Notes: generated by a model from the sequence alone, not told the origin. DNA of 64,000 nt from Promethearchaeota archaeon (GCA_048939995.1 JBHLOY010000002.1:416001-480000), one strand, 5' to 3'. Counted from the first letter of the stretch, positions 1-8,578 are shown. Made by a program: numbers and translations.

Positions 1-49
1 CTAATGAAAAAATAATTGCTATTATTGCTATAATCTTCGCTTTTTTCAA
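1..49 (-). CDS. 5' fragment of a membrane-anchored protein running off the window edge, possibly CcmE
   Basis: TTG at 49 opens MKKAKIIAIIAIIFSL (basic residues then a hydrophobic stretch), 19 nt after the ccmD-like stop. CcmE is inferred from gene order only. Confidence 0.35.
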   Translation of the reverse strand, partial: MKKAKIIAIIAIIFSL

Positions 50-68
50 TTTAATCTCTTGCTATTTG

Positions 69-206
69 TTATTTTTCTAATTTATTAATTCTTTTTTTTA
101 TTTTTCTTATACGTAATTTTGGATATAAGATTAAAATAACAATAATAGTCCAAAACAAGGCATAACTGATAGCCATTGTAATAGAATCTAAAACAACCTC
201 GGACAT
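69..206 (-). CDS. ccmD: CcmD-like small membrane protein, 45 aa, not in the ORF track
   Basis: Hand translation MSEVVLDSITMAISYALFWTIIVILILYPKLRIRKIKKRINKLEK: a Tyr-containing TM helix and a basic amphipathic tail. Starts 5 nt after the ccmC stop. Confidence 0.65.
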   Translation of the reverse strand: MSEVVLDSITMAISYALFWTIIVILILYPKLRIRKIKKRINKLEK

Positions 207-211
207 TACTT

Positions 212-922
212 TTAATCATCTCGTAACTTATTTTGAATAATTTCATTTAATTTTTGTTTATTTTTATCTAGTTCAACTAAATTTCTTACCACATAAACGA
301 AAAAGAGAGTCATCGCTATCAAGTTAAGAAATAATATAAGAAGTTTCATAAAATCCCAATAAATATAACCTGATTCACTTGGATTTGGAGTTATTAATGG
401 ATGTAAACTTGTAAAAATGATTGCAGAAAGATAACTTAAAGGCACTGTTGGAAAAAAAATAATTCCTAAAATTGAAGTTAATTTAGCTCTCCTTTCTCTA
501 TCTTCAATCATAGTCCCAAAAATTAAATAAGATAAATATGAGAGAAACAAGACTAAAGTCATAGTTTGTCGCGGGTCACTCCACTGCCAATAAACATTAT
601 TATAAAGTCCCGAAGTAGCATTATACCAGAGTGATCCTGTGATAAGTGTTACTGCACAAAAAAATACACCTACGACAATACTATTCTTTCCTATACTATT
701 CCAGAATAGTTTTCTTTGTATGAGGTATAATATATGACAAATAAGACTTACTCCAAATGAAAAGTAGGAAAGCCAAGCTGATGAAACATGATAAAAAAAA
801 ATCATATACACAATGCGGCTAAAATTTGTCAATAAAAAAATCAAAAATAAGTTAATGATGAGGAATGAAATTGAAATGATAAGTAAATAATCTTTTTTTA
901 CCCAACTTCTGATGTCTTTCAT
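212..922 (-). CDS. ccmC: Cytochrome c biogenesis heme chaperone CcmC (likely start ATG 922; ORF is open to 1012)
   Basis: FFYHVSSAW, TGSLW, Trp-rich YWQWSDPRQT and SLHP motifs; about 6 TM helices. Confidence 0.85.
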   Translation of the reverse strand: MKDIRSWVKKDYLLIISISFLIINLFLIFLLTNFSRIVYMIFFYHVSSAWLSYFSFGVSLICHILYLIQRKLFWNSIGKNSIVVGVFFCAVTLITGSLWYNATSGLYNNVYWQWSDPRQTMTLVLFLSYLSYLIFGTMIEDRERRAKLTSILGIIFFPTVPLSYLSAIIFTSLHPLITPNPSESGYIYWDFMKLLILFLNLIAMTLFFVYVVRNLVELDKNKQKLNEIIQNKLRDD

Positions 923-1124
923 CTTAATTCTCAAATAAATATAAAATTTTGTATTGAGTGAGTTATAATTAATATTATTGCTGTTAATACTTTCAATATT
1001 AAAAAAGATCAAAAAAGTCTTTTAATCCTTATAATTGGAAGTTATTTTAATTCATTTTTAAAATTTGTTCTTATGGAATAATGGTTATTTCAAAAAAAAA
1101 AAAAAATGATAGATTTAAATTGAA

Positions 1125-1778
1125 CTATTTAGAAGCTTTACGTTTCTTTCGATATACTAATACGACTATAAGTGAGGCAGTTGTAATGGCAAGTACTCCA
1201 ACCAAAGTATAAATTTCAAATCCAGGAATAGCTCCACCGCTAACAGTCAAAACTACATTGCCTGAAGCATAAATAATACTCAGAGCAGAGCCATCAGTGT
1301 GATTTGCGGCAGTTAAAACGTCAACAACTAGGTTATAAGTACCATCTGTAGATGGAGCTAGTAAATCAAAAGAAACTGAAACATTAGCATCTCCATTAAC
1401 ATCTAAAGTAATTCCTCCTAATCTTATTGGTTCACTTAATTTTTTGCCAAATTGAGCATTATCACCACGAGTAGAAGCGACTGCCACACTCACTTGACTA
1501 TCTCTATCTATAGTTAATGCTTCAGTAAAATTTGTAATTACTACATTTACAGTAAACTCTTGGCCTGCTGTTAGTGATGTACCCTGAATGGAGACAACGG
1601 TTACTGCAGCGCCAGCGCTTTCTGTAGTAGGACCATCCCCAACATGACATCCAGCATGTGAACCACCAAGAAAGCTTTCAATGGAAGATGGGTAGGCAAC
1701 CGCACCACCAACTAAAACTAGAAGAAAAGCAAATACGGCAATAAGAGGGATTATTTTTCTTTTCATTTGATTAGCCAC
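1125..1778 (-). CDS. Secreted, surface-anchored protein with an HAGCH heme-like motif and an IPGF-TM-basic (PGF/Loki-CTERM-like) sorting tail
   Basis: Signal peptide, SHAGCH, a beta-rich domain, C-terminal AIPGFEIY-TM-RKKRK. Confidence 0.65.
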   Translation of the reverse strand: MANQMKRKIIPLIAVFAFLLVLVGGAVAYPSSIESFLGGSHAGCHVGDGPTTESAGAAVTVVSIQGTSLTAGQEFTVNVVITNFTEALTIDRDSQVSVAVASTRGDNAQFGKKLSEPIRLGGITLDVNGDANVSVSFDLLAPSTDGTYNLVVDVLTAANHTDGSALSIIYASGNVVLTVSGGAIPGFEIYTLVGVLAITTASLIVVLVYRKKRKASK

Positions 1779-1939
1779 GTTTTTTTTTGTTTTTTGATAT
1801 TTTTTTTAAGAAGCTAATACATTTTGCAATTTTTTTTAAGAGTATAGCTTAAATTTAAAACTAATTACTATATTTTAAGGTTTACTAAATCTGGATAATT
1901 TAAACAATATTATGATTGATAGTTTAAATTTTCTCTAAT

Positions 1940-1972
1940 ATCTTGGTTTAAGTTTAAAAATTAAACCAAGAT
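1940..1972. promoter_or_regulatory. 12-bp perfect inverted repeat in a divergent promoter, candidate operator
   Basis: ATCTTGGTTTAA-gtttaaaaa-TTAAACCAAGAT. Confidence 0.45.
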
Positions 1973-2205
1973 TTTGAGTGATTCTAGACTTAATAGTCAA
2001 AAACTTCTATTTAAATATCTTTTTTATAATTTATTTAAAATTAAAAAGGAATTAAGCTTAAAGTCAATTTTTTAATCAAATTGATTACAATAACTAAATT
2101 AATCAAATTTCTAATTTTGTATAAAAATTCAAATTTTTTATAATCGACAAATTTTAAAAAGTGGAAATAAAGAATATATTAAATATATTTTATTATTGAA
2201 GAATT

Positions 2206-2769
2206 ATGCAATTAGATAATATTGATAAACAAATACTAAACGCCTTATTCAAAAATGGACGAGAAAGCTTAACTAGTTTAGAGAAAATAATAATTAAATC
2301 TGATACAGAAACTATGAGTCATACTGGTATTGCTAAAAGGATAACAAAATTAGAAGATAATGATCTTATTAAAGTTCAAGCTAATACTAATTTAAATAAA
2401 CTCCAATATAAAGGCCTATTTTTGTTAATGGAAATGGTTAATTTTGAGGAAGTTCAAAATATTATTAAAGCATACAGCGATTGCCCTAGAGTATTTTTAA
2501 TGGCGCCTGTAACTGGACAATACAATTTAATTTTAGGTGTCGTAGGGCAAAATCTTGATATTTTACACCGATATTTAAATTATTGTGGTCCCACGAATAA
2601 AAAAGGGATTTTGCATTCTGCTGTGATGTTTACTACAGATCTTATTAAACCAAAATATGTTCCCATTGACTTATTCAGCCAAGAAAGCCATGAGATTGAT
2701 TGTGGGAATGTGTGTAAAAATTGTGCTGCTTATCTTGATGGAAAATGTAATGGTTGCGGAAATTTTTAA
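2206..2769 (+). CDS. Lrp/AsnC-family regulator with a C-terminal Cys cluster
   Basis: LDNIDKQIL...R HTH start, RAM-like domain (PVTGQYNL), tail CGNVCKNCAAYLDGKCNGC. Confidence 0.8.
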   Translation: MQLDNIDKQILNALFKNGRESLTSLEKIIIKSDTETMSHTGIAKRITKLEDNDLIKVQANTNLNKLQYKGLFLLMEMVNFEEVQNIIKAYSDCPRVFLMAPVTGQYNLILGVVGQNLDILHRYLNYCGPTNKKGILHSAVMFTTDLIKPKYVPIDLFSQESHEIDCGNVCKNCAAYLDGKCNGCGNF

Positions 2770-2833
2770 AATTATGCAAAAGCTAAAAAATCAACTTTAA
2801 ATTTGCAAATAATTCTCTATTACAATTTTATAA

Positions 2834-2852
2834 AAGTTACATTTTGAAACTT
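2834..2852. promoter_or_regulatory. Imperfect palindrome beside a TATA-like element upstream of vhuG
   Basis: AAGTTACA-TTT-TGAAACTT (1 mismatch), overlapping the 3' end of TTTTATAAAA. Confidence 0.3.
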
Positions 2853-2975
2853 ATGTCTAAGACAATTTCAATATAACAAAAATTTTTTAATAACATACAC
2901 CATAAAGTTAAACATTGAATTTTTTTAAAAAATAATTCGATAATTTATTAAAAATAATAATAAGATGAAGAAAAA

Positions 2976-4289
2976 ATGGCAGTAAAAGTCGCATTTTACC
3001 AATGTTCAGATTGCTGGGGCTGTCATCAATCCTTAATAAACGCTCATCTAGGGTTGTTGCCAGTATTACCAGCACTAGATATTGTGTACTGGCCGGCAGT
3101 GATTGATATGAAATATGATTCTTTAAAATCTAGACCAGACGGAGATATCTTAGTAGGTTTCATTGAAGGAAGTCTTAGAACAAATGATGACGTAGAAAGT
3201 GCTAAATTAATGAGGGCTAAATGCAAACTTATCATATCATTTGGTTCTTGTGCATGTTATGGTAATGTACATGGATTAGCAAATCAATGGGATATCCAAG
3301 AGTTAATTAATCGGAAATTTGGTGAAGTGGAAAGCATTACTAATGAATCACCACATGAACCAAAAGAACATGTCCCTGGGTTCGCCGCTAAAATTGTACC
3401 GTTAGATGAAATTATTCAGGTTGATGCGTATATTTCAGGATGCCCACCTAAACCAGAAGCTATTATTAGTGCAGTACAGTTCCTACTTGGTCAAAAGCCA
3501 TTCCCTTCCAATGAAATACCATTCTGTAATGATTGTGCTATAAAAAATGAATGTCTATTAGATTCAGGAACGCTATGTTTTGGACCAATTACTAGTACCG
3601 GATGTAATTTAAAGTGTACTAGTGACAGAAACCCATGTGTAGGTTGTTATGGACCATCTAAAACGATAGATATGAGAGCAGAAAAATTAAATACAATGAC
3701 AAAAAGTCTATATACACCCAATACAGGAGATAAAAAAAGTTTTCATGAATTTTTAACGCTATTTCTAAATATCCCATTAATGGCAGGTTTTGATCTTTCT
3801 GGAGATCTTTTAAAGCAGATCAAGAAACGAGGATTTGTTCAATCCCCATTAGCAAATTTACCTTCAACTACGGAAGAAATTGCATCTAATTTAATGAAAT
3901 ATATGGCTAATAATCCAGATTTTCACGAGATCTCGAATGTGTGTGATACATGTCCTAGAATTATTGGTAGTAAATCAACAATGACAAAAGTAAAAAGAGA
4001 TTATGAAGGACTCCCTAATATGGAAGATTGCTTCATTGAACAAGGATACATTTGTATGGGACCTGTGACTAAAGCTGGTTGCGGTGGTTTATGCATAAAG
4101 GTTAACGCACCTTGTACTGGTTGCTTTGGGCAGACCAAATGGGGTGTTAATCAAGCAGAGAGATTTGCTGATACTGTAATTAAGGGTTTCAATGTGAGTT
4201 TATCTAAAGAAGAGCTACTTGCTCAGGTAAAAGATCATATTGGTACTTTTGAAAAATTTACATTTGCATCAAGAAAAGGAGGTATATAA
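2976..4289 (+). CDS. vhuG: F420-non-reducing (group 3c) [NiFe]-hydrogenase small subunit with a duplicated Fe-S domain
   Basis: CSDCWGC, EGS, GSCACYG, GCPP; two copies of C..C...LC/IC.GP.T..GC...C.....PC.GC.G. Confidence 0.85.
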   Translation: MAVKVAFYQCSDCWGCHQSLINAHLGLLPVLPALDIVYWPAVIDMKYDSLKSRPDGDILVGFIEGSLRTNDDVESAKLMRAKCKLIISFGSCACYGNVHGLANQWDIQELINRKFGEVESITNESPHEPKEHVPGFAAKIVPLDEIIQVDAYISGCPPKPEAIISAVQFLLGQKPFPSNEIPFCNDCAIKNECLLDSGTLCFGPITSTGCNLKCTSDRNPCVGCYGPSKTIDMRAEKLNTMTKSLYTPNTGDKKSFHEFLTLFLNIPLMAGFDLSGDLLKQIKKRGFVQSPLANLPSTTEEIASNLMKYMANNPDFHEISNVCDTCPRIIGSKSTMTKVKRDYEGLPNMEDCFIEQGYICMGPVTKAGCGGLCIKVNAPCTGCFGQTKWGVNQAERFADTVIKGFNVSLSKEELLAQVKDHIGTFEKFTFASRKGGI

Positions 4290-4292
4290 AAT

Positions 4293-5597
4293 ATGACAAA
4301 AGAAATAGATGTAGAGCCTGTAACTCGATTAGAAGGGCATGGAGGGTTGCGATTGGTTTTAGGAGATGATGGAACAGTACAAGATGTGCAATTTAACATC
4401 ACATCGACAAGATTTTTTGAGAAATTTTTAGAAGGTCGTTACTGCGAGCATATAAACCGGATTACGCCTCGGATTTGTGGAATTTGTCCCATTCCTCATC
4501 ATTTATCACCAACGAAAGCTGTAGAAGATGCTTGGGGTGTTGAAATTCCCACACCAGCCTTAAAATTACGAAAGTTGCTCATTAATGCAAAGCAATACTC
4601 CTCTCATGCTTTACATTTCTATGCATTGGCAGCACCAGATTTCTTATTAGGACCTATGGCAGATCCTGCATTAAGAAATGTGGTTCATGTAATCAATAAA
4701 ATGCCAGATGTTGGAGCTATGGCTCTAAAAATGATGGATTTTGGTCAAAAATTATGCGCGGCTATTGGGGGTAAGTCTGTGCATCCTATTTCAGCTATTG
4801 TTGGTGGGATGAAAAAAGCAATGGATGAAGATGCTCGAGATTTATTCTTAAAGCAAATTGGAGATCAAGTTGAATGGACGAAAAAGACAGTAGATATCGG
4901 ATTGAAAGTTGTCGAGGATTACTGGGATGTTGTTGCAAACGTAGGAGTTGTACCTACATACTATGCTGGGATGACTAAAAATGGAGTTCATGATATTTAT
5001 GAAGGAGATCTTAGGATTGTATCTCCTGATGGACAGAAATTTGATTATCCGCCTCAAAAATATTTAGAGGTATTAGGTGAATATATTCCTGAACATTCAT
5101 ATGCTACCCATATGTATTACAAGCCTGCTGGATACCCTGAAGGGATTTATCGGGCGAATACATTGGCTATGATTAATGCCGCTGATAGAATGGCAACTCC
5201 TTTAGCTGATGAAGCATTAAGGGCAATGAGAGATAAGGTTGGTGCTATTTCGCATCACACATTTGCTTATCATTGGGCAAGATTAATTGAATTAGTAGAA
5301 TCTATTGAGATGATTGCTACATTACTTCAAGATCCAGATATACTCAATCCAGATTGTAAAACATTAGATGTACAACCTAGAGAGGCTGACGGAGTCGGTT
5401 TAGTAGAAGCACCTCGTGGTCTATTACTATATCATATTTGGTCAGATGCTGATGGTCTATGTAAAAAGGCTAACCTTTTAGTAGCTACCAATCATAATAT
5501 TGCAGGAATTGAAAAAACTTTAAAATTCGTAGCGAAGCAAGTATTTGAACAAAACGCTTTGGCCGGATTAAAATTACCAGACCCTTGGATAAAATAA
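4293..5597 (+). CDS. vhuA: [NiFeSe]-hydrogenase large subunit, N-terminal part of a split gene
   Basis: PVTRLEGHG, RICGIC (L1), EAPRG, LVAT; no C-terminal DPCxxC motif. Confidence 0.9.
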   Translation: MTKEIDVEPVTRLEGHGGLRLVLGDDGTVQDVQFNITSTRFFEKFLEGRYCEHINRITPRICGICPIPHHLSPTKAVEDAWGVEIPTPALKLRKLLINAKQYSSHALHFYALAAPDFLLGPMADPALRNVVHVINKMPDVGAMALKMMDFGQKLCAAIGGKSVHPISAIVGGMKKAMDEDARDLFLKQIGDQVEWTKKTVDIGLKVVEDYWDVVANVGVVPTYYAGMTKNGVHDIYEGDLRIVSPDGQKFDYPPQKYLEVLGEYIPEHSYATHMYYKPAGYPEGIYRANTLAMINAADRMATPLADEALRAMRDKVGAISHHTFAYHWARLIELVESIEMIATLLQDPDILNPDCKTLDVQPREADGVGLVEAPRGLLLYHIWSDADGLCKKANLLVATNHNIAGIEKTLKFVAKQVFEQNALAGLKLPDPWIK

Positions 5598-5629
5598 AAT
5601 TAAAAAGATATAAAGGCGATATAAAAGAA

Positions 5630-5782
5630 ATGAGTGAAGAAATACCAGAAGGAGTAGTAAATCTTTTAGAAATGGTAGTTCGCTGTTTTGATTGCTGACT
5701 ATCGTGTGCCGCACACATCACCGTTGTTGATGAAAAAGGCTCTGAGATTTACTCTCGCGAGTTAAATGTTGGCTTAGGATGA
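5630..5782 (+). CDS. vhuU: Selenoprotein VhuU, the C-terminal peptide of the hydrogenase large subunit; TGA 5696-5698 = Sec23
   Basis: Hand translation MSEEIPEGVVNLLEMVVRCFDC(U)LSCAAHITVVDEKGSEIYSRELNVGLG; the in-frame TGA sits at the first Ni-ligand position of the L2 motif. Confidence 0.92.
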
Positions 5783-5839
5783 ATATCCAATATAAACAAT
5801 AGATTGGATACAACTGCCCATGCACGGGTTAAAGCCAAC
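5768..5839 (+). ncRNA. Structured cis RNA element over the vhuU stop codon, candidate atypical SECIS
   Basis: P1 GTTGGCTT(5768-75)/AAGCCAAC(5832-39); P2 TATCCAATATA(5784-94)/TAGATTGGATA(5800-10) with loop AACAA, preceded by ATGAA; P3 GCCC/GGGT. Confidence 0.5.
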
Positions 5840-5876
5840 CAAAATATAAAATAAAAAAGAAAGAAGAAACGGAATA

Positions 5877-6404
5877 GTGAAAAAAATGACTATAAATTTT
5901 GAATTTAGAAAGCAAGTTATGGATTACCATATAGGGTCTGATTTAATAAAATATTGTTACCAATGTAGCAGATGTGCTGATAACTGTCCAGTCACCAAAG
6001 TGACAACAGATTTCTATTCGACAACGGGGTATAATCCACGTAGTAATATCCTAAATGCTCTATTGGGGTATAAGGATGTTATATTTTCAGCTGATCCCTT
6101 AACTATTTGGGGATGTACTGTATGTGACACTTGTGACGAAGTTTGTCCTCAGAAAATTGAGCTTACTGAAATCTTTACATTCTTAAAAAATGAATCGGTA
6201 GAGCAAGGTAAAGCTCCTGAACATATATATGCTCAAGCACAAACAATCTTTGAAAATGCTAAAGCAATTCCACCACAACCTGCAATTGAGAGAAGAAGAG
6301 AACAATTAGGATTACCTACAATAATAACACCAGACATAAATGAGCTCCAAACATTATTAAGAAATATAGGAGCAGATAAAAAACTTACTAAGAGGGAGGA
6401 TTAA
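5877..6404 (+). CDS. hdrC: Heterodisulfide reductase subunit C
   Basis: CYQCSRCADNCP and WGCTVCDTCDEVCP. Confidence 0.9.
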   Translation: MKKMTINFEFRKQVMDYHIGSDLIKYCYQCSRCADNCPVTKVTTDFYSTTGYNPRSNILNALLGYKDVIFSADPLTIWGCTVCDTCDEVCPQKIELTEIFTFLKNESVEQGKAPEHIYAQAQTIFENAKAIPPQPAIERRREQLGLPTIITPDINELQTLLRNIGADKKLTKRED

Positions 6405-7262
6405 ATGACAGAATATAAGATGTTTGAAGGTTGTACTATAGGGAATCGTATTCCCTTTATAGAAGCTGCTTCGAGAAAAGTGTTTCAAAAAGTAGGAATT
6501 GAAACTTCTGAGGCGCCATTTAGTTGCTGTCCAGATCCCACAGGGATGAAAAGTTTTGATAATGATTCATGGTTAGTTATTGGAGCTCGAAACCTTAGTC
6601 TTGCTGAAGCTGAAGGTAAGAATATTATATCTTTATGTAATGGATGCGCGAATACTCTCAGAGGAGTACAACATCAATTGAAACATGATTCCTTAAAACG
6701 ACAAAAAGTTAATAAACAGTTAGCTAAAATTGGTAAAAGTTATCATGGTAACATAGATATAAAGCATTTTGTTGATGTATTAAAAGATAATCTTGATAAA
6801 GTTAGAGAATCAATTACAAAACCATTAAGCGGGTTAAAAGTAGCTGTTCATCCTGGTTGTCATTACATGAGACCAGCAGAGTGGATGGAGAATGATGATC
6901 CAATGCATCCGCAAAACCTAAAGAAAGTAGTTGCTGCTACTGGTGCAACTGTTGTAGATTATGAAGAGTTAGCTTTATGCTGTGGTTCAGCTGTTACTAA
7001 TGCTTACGAAGAGCATGGTTTAGCAAATCTAAAAATTAAAATGGATAGTATTAAAAAAGCTGGAGCAGATGTAATTTGTGTTAATTGTCCTTCGTGTTTT
7101 CAGCAATTTGATACCCGTCAAAGAGATTTAGGTAAAAAATATGAATCTGAGTACGATATACCAGTGTTATATATAACTGAATTGTTAGCTTTAGCAATGG
7201 GAATCACTCCTGAAGAAATAGGGCTTAAGTTTCATAGAACTCGAATGAAGACCCAAATATAG
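6405..7262 (+). CDS. hdrB: Heterodisulfide reductase subunit B
   Basis: GC, SCCP, CNGC, HPGCH, CCG and CPSCFQQFD motifs; abuts hdrC. Confidence 0.9.
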   Translation: MTEYKMFEGCTIGNRIPFIEAASRKVFQKVGIETSEAPFSCCPDPTGMKSFDNDSWLVIGARNLSLAEAEGKNIISLCNGCANTLRGVQHQLKHDSLKRQKVNKQLAKIGKSYHGNIDIKHFVDVLKDNLDKVRESITKPLSGLKVAVHPGCHYMRPAEWMENDDPMHPQNLKKVVAATGATVVDYEELALCCGSAVTNAYEEHGLANLKIKMDSIKKAGADVICVNCPSCFQQFDTRQRDLGKKYESEYDIPVLYITELLALAMGITPEEIGLKFHRTRMKTQI

Positions 7263-7285
7263 TTGATTTAAACATTTTTATAATA

Positions 7286-7294
7286 TTTTTTTTT
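7286..7294 (+). terminator. Oligo-T archaeal terminator candidate after hdrB
   Basis: T9 run just downstream of the stop; weak evidence in AT-rich DNA. Confidence 0.3.
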
Positions 7295-7441
7295 ATTGTC
7301 TCATTTTTCTGCGATGAACTCATTGCTGTAAAATTTAAATAACAAGAAATTCAAAATATTTATATTAATAAAATATACTAATACGTTAAGAAGGGTATAG
7401 AAAATTCCTTAATTTTAACTAGATCAAAATAGGTATAAAGA

Positions 7442-8230
7442 ATGACTCCAACTAATTTAGTGCGCCAACCACCATGGTTTTTTCCATATATTGAAAATTA
7501 TTCTCACATTTTATTGGATATCAAATTTCTTAAGTGTGAAGGCATTAGTGAGAAATTAGATTTCTTAATAGAAACGGATCTTAGAGGTTTTGAAGGATTA
7601 TTATTTTATATATATAAACCAAATCATAATATCATAAAATTCGATATAATTAACCATAAAGAGGATTCTATTCATAAATTAGAGAATTTATTTTACGAGA
7701 TTAAAAAGGGTACCTCTATTCAAGGATTGGATTTTATTTTTATACCTTTTGGGCATTTTACCGAAGATAACAAATTTACACCAAAAATTAAGGCACGATA
7801 TGCAGAAATTACATATCAAGTATTTACTTGGTCTCCATCTTTATTATTTAAGAAAGTTAAATCCATTATCAAGATCGATAACAAATACAATGAATTAATC
7901 CCAATTGATGATGTTCAAGGATATTATTATAATTTAGATATTTCATTTAAGGGAAACAAAACTGAATATTTATTTAACTTAATAAATCTTCTATGTAGTT
8001 TCGACAATTCTCCTCAGTATGAATCAATCGTTAATGAAATCAAGTCATTAATATCGAAAACAAATGAATTTTTGTTTGAACTCTCGATGTCAGACATTCC
8101 TATTGAGATGCAAAATCTATTAAAAGAATTAGAACGGTTGAAATTTAATATTGACAATCTTAATAAAGAAGAGATATTTAATTGGCTTGATGATTTAATT
8201 GATTTTTACTCAAGGCGGACTCAAAAATAA
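7442..8230 (+). CDS. Hypothetical protein
   Basis: 262-aa ORF, no motif recognised. Confidence 0.6.
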   Translation: MTPTNLVRQPPWFFPYIENYSHILLDIKFLKCEGISEKLDFLIETDLRGFEGLLFYIYKPNHNIIKFDIINHKEDSIHKLENLFYEIKKGTSIQGLDFIFIPFGHFTEDNKFTPKIKARYAEITYQVFTWSPSLLFKKVKSIIKIDNKYNELIPIDDVQGYYYNLDISFKGNKTEYLFNLINLLCSFDNSPQYESIVNEIKSLISKTNEFLFELSMSDIPIEMQNLLKELERLKFNIDNLNKEEIFNWLDDLIDFYSRRTQK

Positions 8231-8301
8231 TTAATAACCGCAATTTTTTTTTAAAAGAAACCATTACACCCCTTAAGAAGAAAATTTTTTATTTCATTGT
8301 T

Positions 8302-8550
8302 ATGTGTCTAGCAATTCCTGGAAAAATAATAAAATTCAATGAAGATAGAACAACTGCACAAGTCGATTTTGATGGAATAATTCAAAGTGTAGTTATAGCC
8401 TTAATTTCAGATCCTAAAGTTGGAAATTATGTGATCGTACATGCAGGATATGCGATCGAACAAATGAATGAAAATGAAGCTTTAGAAGCAATTGAACAAT
8501 GGAAAGAAATAGCTGAGGATCAGGATTTAAATCTATCTGATATGTTATAA
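8302..8550 (+). CDS. hypC: Hydrogenase maturation chaperone HypC
   Basis: MCLAIPG...VG.YVIVHAGYAI. Confidence 0.95.
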   Translation: MCLAIPGKIIKFNEDRTTAQVDFDGIIQSVVIALISDPKVGNYVIVHAGYAIEQMNENEALEAIEQWKEIAEDQDLNLSDML

Positions 8551-8578
8551 TTATCTTTTTCTTAAAAAAATTTAACTT

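Noticed and set aside
5485-5721. 78-aa minus-strand ORF in the track
   Set aside because: Antisense shadow of the vhuA end and vhuU; the plus-strand Sec ORF explains the region
4293-5782. Hydrogenase large subunit as a frameshifted or nonsense pseudogene
   Set aside because: The split point, separate ATG and TGA at the Ni-ligand position match the known VhuA/VhuU arrangement
5768-5839. Hammerhead ribozyme (three-way junction)
   Set aside because: No CUGANGA or GAAA core on either strand
7311-7352. Eukaryote-like SECIS after hdrB (ATGA-N12-AAA)
   Set aside because: The stem pairs poorly, no GA lies opposite the UGA, and it falls after the T-run terminator candidate; not fully excluded
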